58,673 nucleotides of DNA, taken from positions 1 to 58,673 of the forward strand of contig JAGOSG010000002.1 in assembly GCA_018062445.1 (NCBI GenBank). The letters are read 5' to 3'. Below are positions 20,449 to 28,473 of this stretch, one piece after another. The notes beneath the pieces are model-generated. The model saw only the letters and a list, made by a program, of their open reading frames with translations. It was not told the DNA's origin and did no database searches. The translations under genes and the position numbers were made by a program. The first letter of the stretch is position 1. Each line of letters begins with the position of its first letter. The DNA comes from Minisyncoccota bacterium (GTDB lineage: Bacteria > Patescibacteriota > Minisyncoccia > Phycocordibacterales > Phycocordibacteraceae).

Positions 20449-21564
20449 TCAATGTATGTTCATCCCTTTCAGAAGCTTGGCGATTTCGTCGATCATGCGC
20501 TCGTTAGAAAATTGCTTAACGCGCCGTTTCGCTGAGGCAACGAGATTGGCACGAAGTGTTGCATCGCCCAAAAGAGAGTTCGTATGATTCATAATTGCGT
20601 CCGCATCATTTGTTTTCACCAGGTAGCCATTTTTTGCATGATCAACAATTTCAACATTACCTCCAACCCTAGTGGTAATAATAGGTACACCAATTGCCAT
20701 TGCCTCCAAAATGAGGTGTGAAAATCCTTCGTATGCGGTATTGAGAATAAACACATCAGATGCACGAAGATAACGTATGAGAATGTCTCGCTCTAGTGAC
20801 CCTGCAAAGATAACGTCACTCTCAACTTCCACCTCTACTGCAAGGCGCTCAAGCATTCCTGCATCAGGACCCGAACCGATAATAAGCAATTTTGTTTCTG
20901 GGAAAGATTTTTGAATCTTCGGTAAAAGTCGAATGAGCGTGTCAAAACCTTTCCACGGCACAAGCCTTCCTACCGACACAAGAAGTTTTCCATGAAATCG
21001 CAATAATCCACGGAGCACTGTTTTGTTGCCAGTGTCCCCTAAGTCTTCGATGCCGTTATATATAACTGAAACTTTTTTATGAGAAAGATTCCATGCGCCA
21101 AGGATTTTTGCTAAATACTTTGACGGAACCACCACTCTGTCAGCACGACCTGCAACAGCTCGTTCAATAGAGCGAAATAGTTTAGGAATCAAAGGGAGTG
21201 TTGCGTATTGAAATGATTCAAGTGTTCCCGTGTAACCAAATCGCTGTGTCGCCTGTTCCCATGCATAGTCACCAACAACTTTCAGTACAAAAGTTTTTTT
21301 CATAAAAAATGCAGCAATCATCGTCGGCACACCGACAGACATTGGGTCTTGCGCATAAAGAATGTCAGCCCGACGACCTTCCTTAAGTATGAGGAAAAAA
21401 TACACTATATGGCGTATGAATTTCGGGAAACGGCGCACTTTTATGAACGGCAACACTATCACTTCTATTCCATACTGAGGAAGCGCCACCTCAAGTTTCC
21501 TTGAATAGGTTGCGGGTCCGCCAATCTCGGGCGGATAGAGTCCTGTCGCAATAAGGACTTTCAT
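20449..21564 (-). CDS. Glycosyltransferase family 4
   Basis: YPPEIGGPATY, VGRLVPWKGF, YEGFSHLILEAMAIGVP. Confidence 0.9.
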   Translation of the reverse strand: MKVLIATGLYPPEIGGPATYSRKLEVALPQYGIEVIVLPFIKVRRFPKFIRHIVYFFLILKEGRRADILYAQDPMSVGVPTMIAAFFMKKTFVLKVVGDYAWEQATQRFGYTGTLESFQYATLPLIPKLFRSIERAVAGRADRVVVPSKYLAKILGAWNLSHKKVSVIYNGIEDLGDTGNKTVLRGLLRFHGKLLVSVGRLVPWKGFDTLIRLLPKIQKSFPETKLLIIGSGPDAGMLERLAVEVEVESDVIFAGSLERDILIRYLRASDVFILNTAYEGFSHLILEAMAIGVPIITTRVGGNVEIVDHAKNGYLVKTNDADAIMNHTNSLLGDATLRANLVASAKRRVKQFSNERMIDEIAKLLKGMNIH

Positions 21565-21607
21565 GAGTGCACTATAACAAACGCCTATCTAGATTGAGAA
21601 TAATGCC

Positions 21608-22810
21608 TCAAAAGAGACTAAAAACCTTCTCTTTCATGTCTTTTGCAATGAGGTTCCAGTCATACCCCTTCTTCGCAACATCACGGGCATTCTGTACCAC
21701 TACAGCTACGGATTCAGGATGCGCCAATATATGCTTCACCGTTTCAGCTATCTGCTGAGGGCTATCTGCGTCGACCGCAAAACCAGTTGGTGCTTTCTCT
21801 GAGTTACGCACTGAGTCAAAGAGAAAGTCAGCAATACCTCCTTCTTGGGTTGCAATCACAGGGATGCCACTGGCAAAAGCCTCTATAAATGAATTCCCCA
21901 TGCCCTCTGAGCGTGAAGGTCGAATAAATATATCGGACACTTGAAGATACTTCGGAAGATCCTCATGGGTCACATGACCGAGAAACAACACACGAGAATC
22001 CAGTCTGCAGTCTGCAGTCTGCAGTCTGAGAGTTTCTTCATCCGGGCCAGTGCCGAGAATAAGAAATTTCACATTCTCAGGGAGAAGTGTGAGTGCCTGA
22101 ATGACATCATCAATTGCATTCTTATGAACGAGCCGTGATGCGGTAATGAGAAAAACATCATCCTGTTTTTTCTGTAATTTCTCTTTGAGAACAATAAGCT
22201 CCTGCTCAGGAACTTCTTTTGAAAACGCCACCGTGTTCACACCATTAGGAATTACTATCGGCTCACCTGCATACCCCATTCGTTTTGCCCATGCTCCAAG
22301 AAAAGTAGAAATAACCTGCACTCTATCTGCACCCGTAAAAGCATATTTAAAGAAAGGCCACGCTGGCCATGCAAGGCGTTCAATATATTTTGGCGGATCT
22401 CCTTCCTGAAGCGTAAGAACATAGTTCACTCTAGGCTTGAGAAGTTTAAATATTCCCACGGCAATACCAACTGAATGCGCCATCATCCCCCATACGCCAT
22501 CGTAGTGATACTTCTTATGAAGACCGAGTGCGTAGAAAGGAGCAAGTCCTTGAAAAAGAAATTTATTTAAAGCCAGAGGAAACTTCTTTAAATCAGCCAT
22601 TGATGGACTGCTCGTAACAAATCCAATGCGGTGCACCAACACATTCCCTACTTGCTCCACCTTTGGCAAGGCTGAGTCAAAACGAAGTGTCACCATATGA
22701 AACTCAATGTCTGTGTGAGCCACACGGTCGGTAATCTCTTTAATTGCAACCTCGGCGCCCCCTATATATTTTGGATAGTATGCGAGAGAAAAAATGAGAA
22801 CTCGTTTCAT
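21608..22810 (-). CDS. Glycosyltransferase family 4
   Basis: YPKYIGGAE, ASRLVHKNAID, SRSEGMGNSFIEAFASGIPV. Confidence 0.9.
   Translation of the reverse strand: MKRVLIFSLAYYPKYIGGAEVAIKEITDRVAHTDIEFHMVTLRFDSALPKVEQVGNVLVHRIGFVTSSPSMADLKKFPLALNKFLFQGLAPFYALGLHKKYHYDGVWGMMAHSVGIAVGIFKLLKPRVNYVLTLQEGDPPKYIERLAWPAWPFFKYAFTGADRVQVISTFLGAWAKRMGYAGEPIVIPNGVNTVAFSKEVPEQELIVLKEKLQKKQDDVFLITASRLVHKNAIDDVIQALTLLPENVKFLILGTGPDEETLRLQTADCRLDSRVLFLGHVTHEDLPKYLQVSDIFIRPSRSEGMGNSFIEAFASGIPVIATQEGGIADFLFDSVRNSEKAPTGFAVDADSPQQIAETVKHILAHPESVAVVVQNARDVAKKGYDWNLIAKDMKEKVFSLF
22001..22028. repeat. Perfect (CAGTCTG)4 heptamer repeat inside a GT4 gene
   Basis: cagtctg cagtctg cagtctg cagtctg read directly. Confidence 0.9.
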
Positions 22811-23664
22811 TTCTTTGCTGTTATTTCCTGAATGTATTCTAAGACACCCTTTGTTGGATTCCATCCCAATGCCTGAGCCTTGGAAATATCAATGGCAGAA
22901 CTGAGTCGGTTTCCTGCTCGCTCTGGCAACATCTCTATTTCGCCCCCAAACATCTGTGCAATTTCCAAAACTGAATATTCATGCGTATCTCCAAGTCCAT
23001 AATTATCACCTTCACCTTTTTCACCAACCAAGATTAATCCAGAGACGATATCGCCAACATACGTGAAGTAACGCTTCTGTGTTCCGGGAGTCACTACACC
23101 AAGCACTTCTCCTTTCAAACGCTTCTGACGAAATATCTCAATGAGTGTGCCGTACTGCCCTGCGCGCTCTCGAGGACCATACACATTGTAGAAATAGGTA
23201 ACCGCATACGGAAGTCCGTACCACTCACCATAATTTTTTACGAGCTCTGTGTTCGCCGCTTTTGTCCACGCATACGGAGTAGCAGTACGGCTGAGCCCTC
23301 CATCACCAAACTTCGTTGAAGAACCTGCATACACTATTTTACATTTTTGCTTTCTCCAAAATTCTAAAACGCCGAGCGTACCAACTGTATTCAAGTCAAA
23401 GACTACTTCTGGCTCAGCAAGACTAATTTCCACACGTGAGTATTCACCAAGGTGGTAAATTAAATCAATTTTTTCTGGTATGAATTTCTCTATATCTTTC
23501 GTATGCCCTTCCCGATACTCCACCCCAGCAACATGGTTATCCTTTGAGCCAGAAAAATAATTATCGAGTGAGATGACCGTATGACCATCTTTTACCAACC
23601 TCTCGCACAAATGCGAACCCACCAATCCAGCTCCCCCGGTTACCAATATTGTTTTCTTATTCAT
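22807..23664 (-). CDS. NAD-dependent sugar epimerase/dehydratase
   Basis: ILVTGGAGLVGSHL, YAGSST, PYAWTK, YFYNVYGP. Confidence 0.88.
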   Translation of the reverse strand: MNKKTILVTGGAGLVGSHLCERLVKDGHTVISLDNYFSGSKDNHVAGVEYREGHTKDIEKFIPEKIDLIYHLGEYSRVEISLAEPEVVFDLNTVGTLGVLEFWRKQKCKIVYAGSSTKFGDGGLSRTATPYAWTKAANTELVKNYGEWYGLPYAVTYFYNVYGPRERAGQYGTLIEIFRQKRLKGEVLGVVTPGTQKRYFTYVGDIVSGLILVGEKGEGDNYGLGDTHEYSVLEIAQMFGGEIEMLPERAGNRLSSAIDISKAQALGWNPTKGVLEYIQEITAKK

Positions 23665-23690
23665 ACAATACAACTACCCCTTGCACCGCC

Positions 23691-23727
23691 CGCCTGCCCC
23701 GTAGCGAGCTTCGCTCTGCTACTGGGG
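23691..23727. repeat. REP-like hairpin element with GCGAAGC mini-hairpin
   Basis: cccc gtagc gagc ttc gctc t gctac t gggg inverted repeat. Confidence 0.6.
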
Positions 23728-23782
23728 TAACAAGTATTGTTTTCTTTCCTGAGTCTTGAGCCATGAATGTTATTTTTTGAAT

Positions 23783-25216
23783 CTACTCCTCTTCAATGAT
23801 TGTATAGCCTGTTGTCGTACCTTTGCTACCTCTAATAAGTAACACTGCACCTATACCAATCCCAATAACTGCAAGAAGCCCTACAATCCAAGGAAGCATA
23901 CCAAATGAAGCGAGTTCTGGCATTGAGGTTGAACTAAGAGCAGTAACAGGTGCAGCAAGAAGATTTGAAGATGAGTTAGACGGGCGCACCGTGTTTGAAG
24001 ATTGAACTATGTTCAAAGAAGGTTCTTTTTCATATGATGCTGCTTCCCCAACTGCTTTTCGCGCCACAATTAACTCTGTCCCATATGCAGCAGCGAGTGT
24101 CCCATTCGGGTATAGCAATGACACAGCATGGGGTGACGATGGGGTGAGCCCCGTTGCGATATTCGATATCGCAACAGATTCATGCGGAAATAAAATCGTA
24201 TTAGCGGGAAACCTAAAAATCTGACCATCAGCGGTGAGTTGCCACAAACCTAAATTCAGTTCGATGTTGGAGCTGTTGGTAATTTCCACAAAGTCAGAAT
24301 TGACTTCGGTAATTGAAACTTGTGCGGGCACGACTGTCACAGTGAGTCGTGTAGTCGCACTATATATTTCTGATGATGCATCAAGTATCACTACATATCT
24401 CCCAGGATATGGAAATGTATACAAAACTGACCGACCTTCGCGACTCTCACCATTCCCAAAATTCCAAACCAAACGGGCGTTGGTAATAGCCTCCCCTTTC
24501 AATCCCTGCACACGCCCCTCGAATACAGTACCTGCGCTCGCAACCACCGTCCTATCTCCTCCCGTAGATACACTAATCTTTGGTTCAATAAAATATGAGC
24601 CACTAGAATTCGAGGGGGTGCTTGACGCAACACTCGAGTTAGAAGTTTCAATATTGGTACCTTGATTACCTGAAGTGCCAGATGTACTACCTCCACCAAC
24701 GGCAGAGCTCGGTGTAGGCGAAGATGTAGTAAACGAAGAACCTACTTTCTGCAGTGAGTTACCATCGCCTCCCGCACCCATTGTTGGGTTATAGGTGATT
24801 GAATCAATATCAACCAAGGAATCATTACGCAACGTAAGCGCTTCACCGTTTGCGTTGTTTAATCCGCCAGAAAAAACAGTATCAAAAATTTGCCCTGAAA
24901 ACTGTGGCCAATCGGCAAGAAATTTCGAAGGATTATCTACCAAGACCGCGTAGCCTCCAGTGGCTAATGTAGAACCGCCTGTGTACGCACTAATGCCATG
25001 ATTCGTCCCCCCTTCAAATAGCTTCCACTTTGAAAGATCAAAAGACGCGCCCGAGTTATACACTTCAATCCACTCATGCCCGTCATCCGACCCAGCAGGG
25101 TCATACATAACCTCAGAGATAGAAACGGAGGCGAAAGACCAGATCGGAAAAAAGGAAAAGAGAGCGACTAAAATTAGGAGCGAGTATTTACATTGCGTGT
25201 TTGAGCACTGCACCAT
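23783..25216 (-). CDS. Secreted lamin-tail-domain/PKD-like surface protein with C-terminal membrane anchor
   Basis: Signal peptide, ISEVMYDPAGSD..HEWIEVYN, Ser/Thr linker, WNFGNG PKD-like motif, second LTD-like repeat, C-terminal TM helix. Confidence 0.8.
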   Translation of the reverse strand: MVQCSNTQCKYSLLILVALFSFFPIWSFASVSISEVMYDPAGSDDGHEWIEVYNSGASFDLSKWKLFEGGTNHGISAYTGGSTLATGGYAVLVDNPSKFLADWPQFSGQIFDTVFSGGLNNANGEALTLRNDSLVDIDSITYNPTMGAGGDGNSLQKVGSSFTTSSPTPSSAVGGGSTSGTSGNQGTNIETSNSSVASSTPSNSSGSYFIEPKISVSTGGDRTVVASAGTVFEGRVQGLKGEAITNARLVWNFGNGESREGRSVLYTFPYPGRYVVILDASSEIYSATTRLTVTVVPAQVSITEVNSDFVEITNSSNIELNLGLWQLTADGQIFRFPANTILFPHESVAISNIATGLTPSSPHAVSLLYPNGTLAAAYGTELIVARKAVGEAASYEKEPSLNIVQSSNTVRPSNSSSNLLAAPVTALSSTSMPELASFGMLPWIVGLLAVIGIGIGAVLLIRGSKGTTTGYTIIEEE

Positions 25217-25261
25217 ACGCTGTAGTATTTTTTATTACTACATAGTACAGCCTTTTAAAGC

Positions 25262-26761
25262 CTACGCCGGAAGACCTACACCAGAAATAGGCTCCACATG
25301 AAGCATCCGCCGAAGATCATCTTCGGGAATCTCTGAAGCCTGTTTTTCTTCCTTCTTTGAAGAAGTATTTTCTTTCTTAGTCGCATCATCCGCCTTCGCA
25401 TCAGGAGTTTTTGGTTTTGGTTTTTCGCCAGAGTCAACTTTCTTTTCTCCTACTGGTTCTCCTGGTGTTGGCGTAGCTGTACGCTTGTTAAAGATAGAGC
25501 GGAATGTATCTGAAAATGACCCCGGCTCACCCCCCTTTCCTTTGTCTTTTGGATCCTCTTCCTTAGGAGCTTTGAAAAGCGCATCAACTTTTACTCGCTG
25601 AGTTGTGTATTTTTCTCGAGAAAAGGTCTGTAAATCTTGGTACGACTCCCCCGTTCTCTCGGGGCGTGGAAGTGCCATGGCAAAAAACGGACGCGCACGT
25701 ACTGAATCAATGGTGAGTGCAACGCACATTTCACCCTCCTTCAATTTTGATAAATCCTCTGGCGAAACATACGGATAAAAAATCTTTTCAGCGAGTGAGA
25801 AATCTGCAGGATGTGGCGCAAAGGCAAGAACCGATCCACATCGTCGAAATGCTTTTTCATATAACTCTTCATCTTCTTCATTTTGTGGCGTACTTGCGAA
25901 CGCACATGCAACCTTCCGCTCTGGCAGTATGAGCTCAATATCTTTTTCAGAAAGGTATTTCAAACAGTCATATAAATAGAGCGCAGTGTTTTCACCAAGT
26001 ACCCCTCGAGCACGAGCTGCATGGGTAAATATACGCACCAAGGGCGTTATGCGTGTTGGAAACATTCGAATACGCGACATATCAACAACAATCACAGCCC
26101 CAGTGTTATTTTGTGCGAGCGAAAATTTTGATTCTGTCTGCCCAAGAACATTGCGCACTAAAGTATCTTTCGCAATGTAACGGCCATGCTCAATAATTAA
26201 CGCAACATCCTCTTCGTTCGACTTCATAATCTCTTCAAAACGAATACTCTCTGGAGTTTGCACACCAAACATCTTGTCGCGCGCTTTTGGATCAGCAACT
26301 GCGTTATATAAACAAAGCGCACTTACGTCTTGGCGAGCAAGAGAAAATTCAGCAATGTATTCAGTAAGGGCACTCGGAGCAATGCGATACATGCTGGCTA
26401 GTGCTTCAGAAAAAACGCCAACGGCTTTTTCACCGAGCGGACGAAATTCATTAATAGGATTCCACGAAAAAGGGTGCTCCCCGTCAGAAGGGTCAAGAAA
26501 TACAAGTCGCTCGCGGGCACTCTCGCTTAAACGCTCTAAAAGCATTGGCACCAAATTTCCTGATGCATCCAAAATAACTACACTCATTCCTCGCTCAATA
26601 TCTTGCAGAGCCATGCCTGCAAAAAGAGTTGCGCGTCCACTGCCAGCCTTCCCCATCACAGAAAAGTGTTCTAAGCGGTCAGCGTCTTTAATACCAAACG
26701 GCACCACACCATCACGAAAAGCTGTTTTCCCGATGTAGGTCACTTTGCCACCCCAATCCAT
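25262..26761 (-). CDS. VirD4/TraG/HerA (DUF87)-like P-loop protein with degenerate Walker motifs
   Basis: FGIKDADRLEHFSVMGKAGSGRAT, QDIERG..VILDASG, FLDPSD..PF.WNP; acidic/basic low-complexity tail. Confidence 0.7.
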   Translation of the reverse strand: MDWGGKVTYIGKTAFRDGVVPFGIKDADRLEHFSVMGKAGSGRATLFAGMALQDIERGMSVVILDASGNLVPMLLERLSESARERLVFLDPSDGEHPFSWNPINEFRPLGEKAVGVFSEALASMYRIAPSALTEYIAEFSLARQDVSALCLYNAVADPKARDKMFGVQTPESIRFEEIMKSNEEDVALIIEHGRYIAKDTLVRNVLGQTESKFSLAQNNTGAVIVVDMSRIRMFPTRITPLVRIFTHAARARGVLGENTALYLYDCLKYLSEKDIELILPERKVACAFASTPQNEEDEELYEKAFRRCGSVLAFAPHPADFSLAEKIFYPYVSPEDLSKLKEGEMCVALTIDSVRARPFFAMALPRPERTGESYQDLQTFSREKYTTQRVKVDALFKAPKEEDPKDKGKGGEPGSFSDTFRSIFNKRTATPTPGEPVGEKKVDSGEKPKPKTPDAKADDATKKENTSSKKEEKQASEIPEDDLRRMLHVEPISGVGLPA

Positions 26762-26782
26762 TGGGTCAGTGTATAGGGTCTC

Positions 26783-26944
26783 GAACCCATTTCAAAATCT
26801 CATTCCGGCTCTGCAAGGTTGGATTTCAGGCTGCGATGCTTCGTTTCAAACTCGACATATCTCAGGATATGCCTCGTCCTCCAACGAAAGCTCTCGCTCT
26901 GAAATACCGCCTTTCGGCTCGAAAGCAGATTTTAAAATTGGTTC
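26783..26944. mobile_element. MITE-like non-coding element with 18-bp imperfect terminal inverted repeats
   Basis: gaacccatttcaaaatct (26783-26800) and agattttaaaattggttc (26927-26944), 16/18 complementary, with nested internal hairpins. Confidence 0.55.
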
Positions 26945-27012
26945 TGGCGTTGAGGGTCTAGCGAAGACACAAATATACAAAAAGACTAAGTGGCTAAATG
27001 ATTAAGTAGAGA

Positions 27013-27054
27013 CGATATAGTTTAATCTAACGATCGTTAGATTAAACTATATCG
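27013..27054. promoter_or_regulatory. 42-bp perfect palindrome, site 1 of 3 (candidate operator or recombination site)
   Basis: cgatatagtttaatctaacga|tcgttagattaaactatatcg. Confidence 0.75.
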
Positions 27055-27090
27055 ATTTTTCTCTCTATATCTTGGTGAAACCCTTGAAGA

Positions 27091-27672
27091 TTATTTAGCT
27101 GGAGACAAACCAAAGCGTTTTCGGAGAGCTCCGTCATTCTCTATGGTGTCCGCAATGATGTAGAGAACCTCCTGTCCCATCTTGAGGTCAGCCTTAATGA
27201 GAATAATCAAATCTTCACAATCATACGGATACGCCCACACACTATTTTGCAGGCGAACAAACCCAAGATTGATAAGTGCCATTCGCATCTTGTCGCGCAA
27301 ACCTCGTCGCTTTTCTTCGATATCAAAAACAAGCACACGCCACTTACCATCCCATTGCTTTGGTTTTTTAGGAGTCAGCGCACCTTCATGCACCAGCATC
27401 GCAAATCGCTCCCCTTTCGGAGTTAAAGACGCATACGAAGTGCCATTTCTTTTTTCAAGAACAATGTACCCCTCACGAATCATTCGTGAAAAAGATTCTT
27501 TCACCTGATAGCGTCGTTGATTAAGAAATTTCATCTTTCCCAACGCACCTAAAACATTTGGTGCGACAGCTGCCACAGCAAGAGTGCCTGTCAGTGCAAC
27601 AGCACTGACAATCGCGTTGTTAATTTTTGTTCGACGAATCTTCCCCTTCAGTGCCTGTTCAATTTTCCCCAT
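27091..27672 (-). CDS. PaaX-like transcriptional regulator (wHTH plus Cas2-like ferredoxin-fold domain)
   Basis: LTPKGE wing, WDGKWRVLVFDIEEKRRGLRDKMR, LGFVRLQNSVWAYPY. Confidence 0.8.
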   Translation of the reverse strand: MGKIEQALKGKIRRTKINNAIVSAVALTGTLAVAAVAPNVLGALGKMKFLNQRRYQVKESFSRMIREGYIVLEKRNGTSYASLTPKGERFAMLVHEGALTPKKPKQWDGKWRVLVFDIEEKRRGLRDKMRMALINLGFVRLQNSVWAYPYDCEDLIILIKADLKMGQEVLYIIADTIENDGALRKRFGLSPAK

Positions 27673-27720
27673 AAATAATCCTTTCTAAAAAATAATGTAG
27701 CAAAAATGCTTAAATAATAA

Positions 27721-27762
27721 CGATATAGTTTAATCTAACGATCGTTAAATTATACTATACCG
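27721..27762. promoter_or_regulatory. 42-bp imperfect palindrome, site 2 of 3, 49 bp upstream of the PaaX-like gene
   Basis: cgatatagtttaatctaacga|tcgttaaattatactataccg; contains TATAAT on the minus strand. Confidence 0.75.
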
Positions 27763-27808
27763 TGAGAATATAAGGAATATAGTGCAAAACCAGCTATACC
27801 CGAGAACA

Positions 27809-28459
27809 CTAGTTCTTTTTTCGAAGAGCGATAGTTTTCCAAACAATAATTCCTAAACTAATCACCGCAAACAGCCCTCCCGCAAACCACGCTCTATACT
27901 CAAGGCTGATTGGAAAACCGAAAAAGTTAAAGAAGTACCCTTCTAGAAATTCGTGTACAAGTGGTGGCATCAGAACAAACGCGAGCGAAAATGGAACCCA
28001 AAAGTAAACAAATTTAAGCCATGCTCTCAATATAATGTGAGAGCTGCTGACATTTCTCTCCAAGAATACCGCCAGTAACTTGCCAACGATAATCCCCACA
28101 CTAACCATGACAAAAAGACTGCTCATTAAAAATACGGCGTCTTTTTGAATAAAGGAGTAGATTGGCATCATTGCACTACCTGGTTGTGATGCGGCCAAAA
28201 TAACCAACACTGAAAGCGGAATCCACCATCGTGCGAATTTGAACCAGGAGTTAAAAATTGAGGAAGAAACAAAAATAAGAAAGAAGGCGAGAGGTAGAAC
28301 TACAACTGAAAAAAGGTAAACGGGTATGAGCAAATCAAAAGACTGATGTACTAATGATCCGTAACAGGTATCGAGAGAATCAACACACCAATGTGCAACA
28401 TAATCTAATACTATCCCAAAAAGTATCAAAAATAACGGGATGAACTGTTTTATTTTCAT
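27809..28459 (-). CDS. Hypothetical multi-pass membrane protein with an internal two-fold repeat
   Basis: FNSWFKFARWWIPLS...SVGIIVGK vs LRAWLKFVYFWVPFS...SLGIIVWK. Confidence 0.7.
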   Translation of the reverse strand: MKIKQFIPLFLILFGIVLDYVAHWCVDSLDTCYGSLVHQSFDLLIPVYLFSVVVLPLAFFLIFVSSSIFNSWFKFARWWIPLSVLVILAASQPGSAMMPIYSFIQKDAVFLMSSLFVMVSVGIIVGKLLAVFLERNVSSSHIILRAWLKFVYFWVPFSLAFVLMPPLVHEFLEGYFFNFFGFPISLEYRAWFAGGLFAVISLGIIVWKTIALRKKN

Positions 28460-28473
28460 AGATTTTTAAATAA

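Noticed and set aside
26745-27005. 86-aa and 66-aa ORFs upstream of the VirD4-like gene
   Set aside because: They coincide with the MITE-like inverted-repeat element and show no coding signature.
27091-27672. CRISPR-associated Cas2 / CRISPR system
   Set aside because: The Cas2-like fold is the PaaX middle domain fused to a wHTH. There is no cas1, no effector and no repeat-spacer array; the three palindromes are 0.7 and 3.8 kb apart.
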